This document shows positions 62,542 to 64,000 of a stretch of DNA of 64,000 nt, piece by piece (position 1 is the first letter of the stretch; every line of letters starts with the position of its first letter). The stretch spans positions 3,256-67,255 of the forward strand of contig CACGAJ010000001.1 of the NCBI GenBank assembly GCA_902570945.1, given 5' to 3'. The notes beneath the pieces were generated by a model, which was not told the origin of the DNA, did no database searches, and was given only the letters and a program-made list of their open reading frames with translations. Both the position numbers and the translations under genes were made by a program. The stretch comes from an uncultured Synechococcaceae cyanobacterium (GTDB taxonomy: Bacteria; Cyanobacteriota; Cyanobacteriia; PCC-6307; Cyanobiaceae).

Positions 62542-63165
62542 TTAGAAGTCTGAATATGCATTAAAAAAATCCAACTCTAATTCCATTGCTGTTTTGTATA
62601 AATATTTTGCTTGATTAATATCATATGTTTCGTTATTGGTCTCAATAAGATTTTCGAGTGAATTTGCTAAATTTTCAAAGCTCTCATCAGAGTAAGTAAT
62701 TATCCATTCTTTATATTTAATGTCAAAATCCTCCTTATACAAACTTTTTCCTATCCAAGAATAAAGTCGCATACATGGAGTCATTGCAAACATTATTTCA
62801 ACGGAGCTAAGTCTCTTGGAAGTATCATCAAGGAAATCTGTATAATTTTTTGTAGCTTTTTTTATATAGTTATTAGACAAATCAATATCCCATTCTTTTG
62901 CATAAGTTTCATGAAGTATTAACTCCTCTGAAACGCCCATTAAAAGTTCACTCAACTTTCTTATTGAGTACTTATCTTTTGATTTAGAAACTGCAAGACC
63001 ATATGCCTTAGCAAAAGTCTCTAAAAAGAAATAATCTTGAGCTAAATACTCTTGAAATATGTTTTTAGGGAGGCTTCCATTCTTTAACCCTTGAACAAAT
63101 TTTGTATTTAAACTTAGTAAAGCGATCTCATAATTATCCTCCCAAAGTTTTTTTGTTATTTTCAT
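62542..63165 (-). CDS. tenA: Thiaminase II / aminopyrimidine aminohydrolase
   Basis: YLAQD..FL, YT.FL, catalytic PC..LY, WI..Y, E..FF. Confidence 0.9.
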   Translation of the reverse strand: MKITKKLWEDNYEIALLSLNTKFVQGLKNGSLPKNIFQEYLAQDYFFLETFAKAYGLAVSKSKDKYSIRKLSELLMGVSEELILHETYAKEWDIDLSNNYIKKATKNYTDFLDDTSKRLSSVEIMFAMTPCMRLYSWIGKSLYKEDFDIKYKEWIITYSDESFENLANSLENLIETNNETYDINQAKYLYKTAMELELDFFNAYSDF

Positions 63166-63251
63166 TTTTTTGATTTTTAGTTATTCTAAAATTTTTTATA
63201 TTTTTTACCTACAAACTTAATCTTAGTTTTCTAGGATTAAAACAAAAAATT

Positions 63252-64000
63252 ATGAAAGAAATAAATATCTTATGGTTTAAGAAAGATTTAAGAATTTTTG
63301 ATAACGAAGCTCTCTGTGAGGCTATAAAAGATAATGATATTTTACCTATTTATATTATTGAGTTAGATATTTGGAGCCAAAATACTCATTCAGATAGACA
63401 ATGGCAATTTTGCAAAGAAAGTTTAATAGATTTAAGAAATGCACTTGCTGAGATTGGACAACCATTAATTATTAGGACTGGCAATGTTATTAATATTTTT
63501 GATAAAATTAGTACAAAATTTAAAATCAAAGGTATATATAGCCATCTAGAAACCGGAGATTGGCTTACTTATAAAAGAGATCAAAAAGTAAGAGAATGGG
63601 CTTTAAGCAAAAATATTATTTGGAAGGAATTTCTACAATTTTCAGTTTTTAGAGGAAATTTAGATAGGAATAATTGGTCTAAAAAGTGGCAAGAAAATTC
63701 CGAAAAAAACTTACTTAAAGCTCCATTAAGAATTAATTCTATTAACTTTAATATTGGAGAAATACCCTCAGACGAAATTTTTACCCATAAAAAAGAAACT
63801 TGTCCTGGAAGAATGCAAGGTGGAAGAAAGAAAGGTTTAGAGAGAATGCAATACTTCTTTAGTAATAAATTAGATTCTTATTCAAAAGATATATCTAGCC
63901 CAGAAAAATCATTTGATAGTTGTACAAGACTATCCCCATACATTTGTTGGGGATGCATTTCATTAAAAGAAATTTATCAAAAGGCAAATATATCAAAAAA
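63252..64000 (+). CDS. DNA photolyase/cryptochrome-family protein, 3' end outside window
   Basis: Manual translation MKEINILWFKKDLRIFDNEAL...SHLETGDWLTYKRD...ISSPEKSFDSCTRLSPYICWG. Confidence 0.88.
   Translation, partial: MKEINILWFKKDLRIFDNEALCEAIKDNDILPIYIIELDIWSQNTHSDRQWQFCKESLIDLRNALAEIGQPLIIRTGNVINIFDKISTKFKIKGIYSHLETGDWLTYKRDQKVREWALSKNIIWKEFLQFSVFRGNLDRNNWSKKWQENSEKNLLKAPLRINSINFNIGEIPSDEIFTHKKETCPGRMQGGRKKGLERMQYFFSNKLDSYSKDISSPEKSFDSCTRLSPYICWGCISLKEIYQKANISK

Overview
AT-rich marine picocyanobacterial chromosome segment. Gene content, order and base composition point to a high-light Prochlorococcus (inference). Bases 1 to ~49.7 kb are mostly syntenic core genes: cobT (partial), topA, ndhB, birA, menG, hisF, chlG, a PBP, rsmB, a (6-4)-type photolyase cluster, lepA, mqo, murE, rpsD, cysK, queA, pdhC, lipB, hpf, recO, proC-sepF-pipY-pipX, der, cobI, miaE and aroQ. 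This part also holds an NtcA-box + glutamine-II (Downstream-peptide) riboswitch + DUF4278 unit. After tRNA-Tyr and tRNA-Thr(GGT) a genomic island begins. Its first ~3.7 kb is an integrase-less element bounded by the tRNA-Thr 3' half and a degenerate copy of it, with matching paired CTCTAAT repeats inside both ends. It carries two amino-methyltransferases and a convergent endonuclease built from two tandem PvuII-like PD-(D/E)XK domains. The rest of the island (53.4-61.7 kb) is a mosaic of small genes: SIMPL, two ABM-barrel proteins, DUF3764, DUF1651, a PD-(D/E)XK nuclease plus a decayed paralog tail, MKRL-leader proteins and micro-ORFs. It also contains a candidate ~60-nt sRNA complementary to the structured leader of the divergent ABM gene. 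The window ends with thiD, tenA and a partial photolyase. All calls come from reading the sequence and recalled family motifs; no searches were run.
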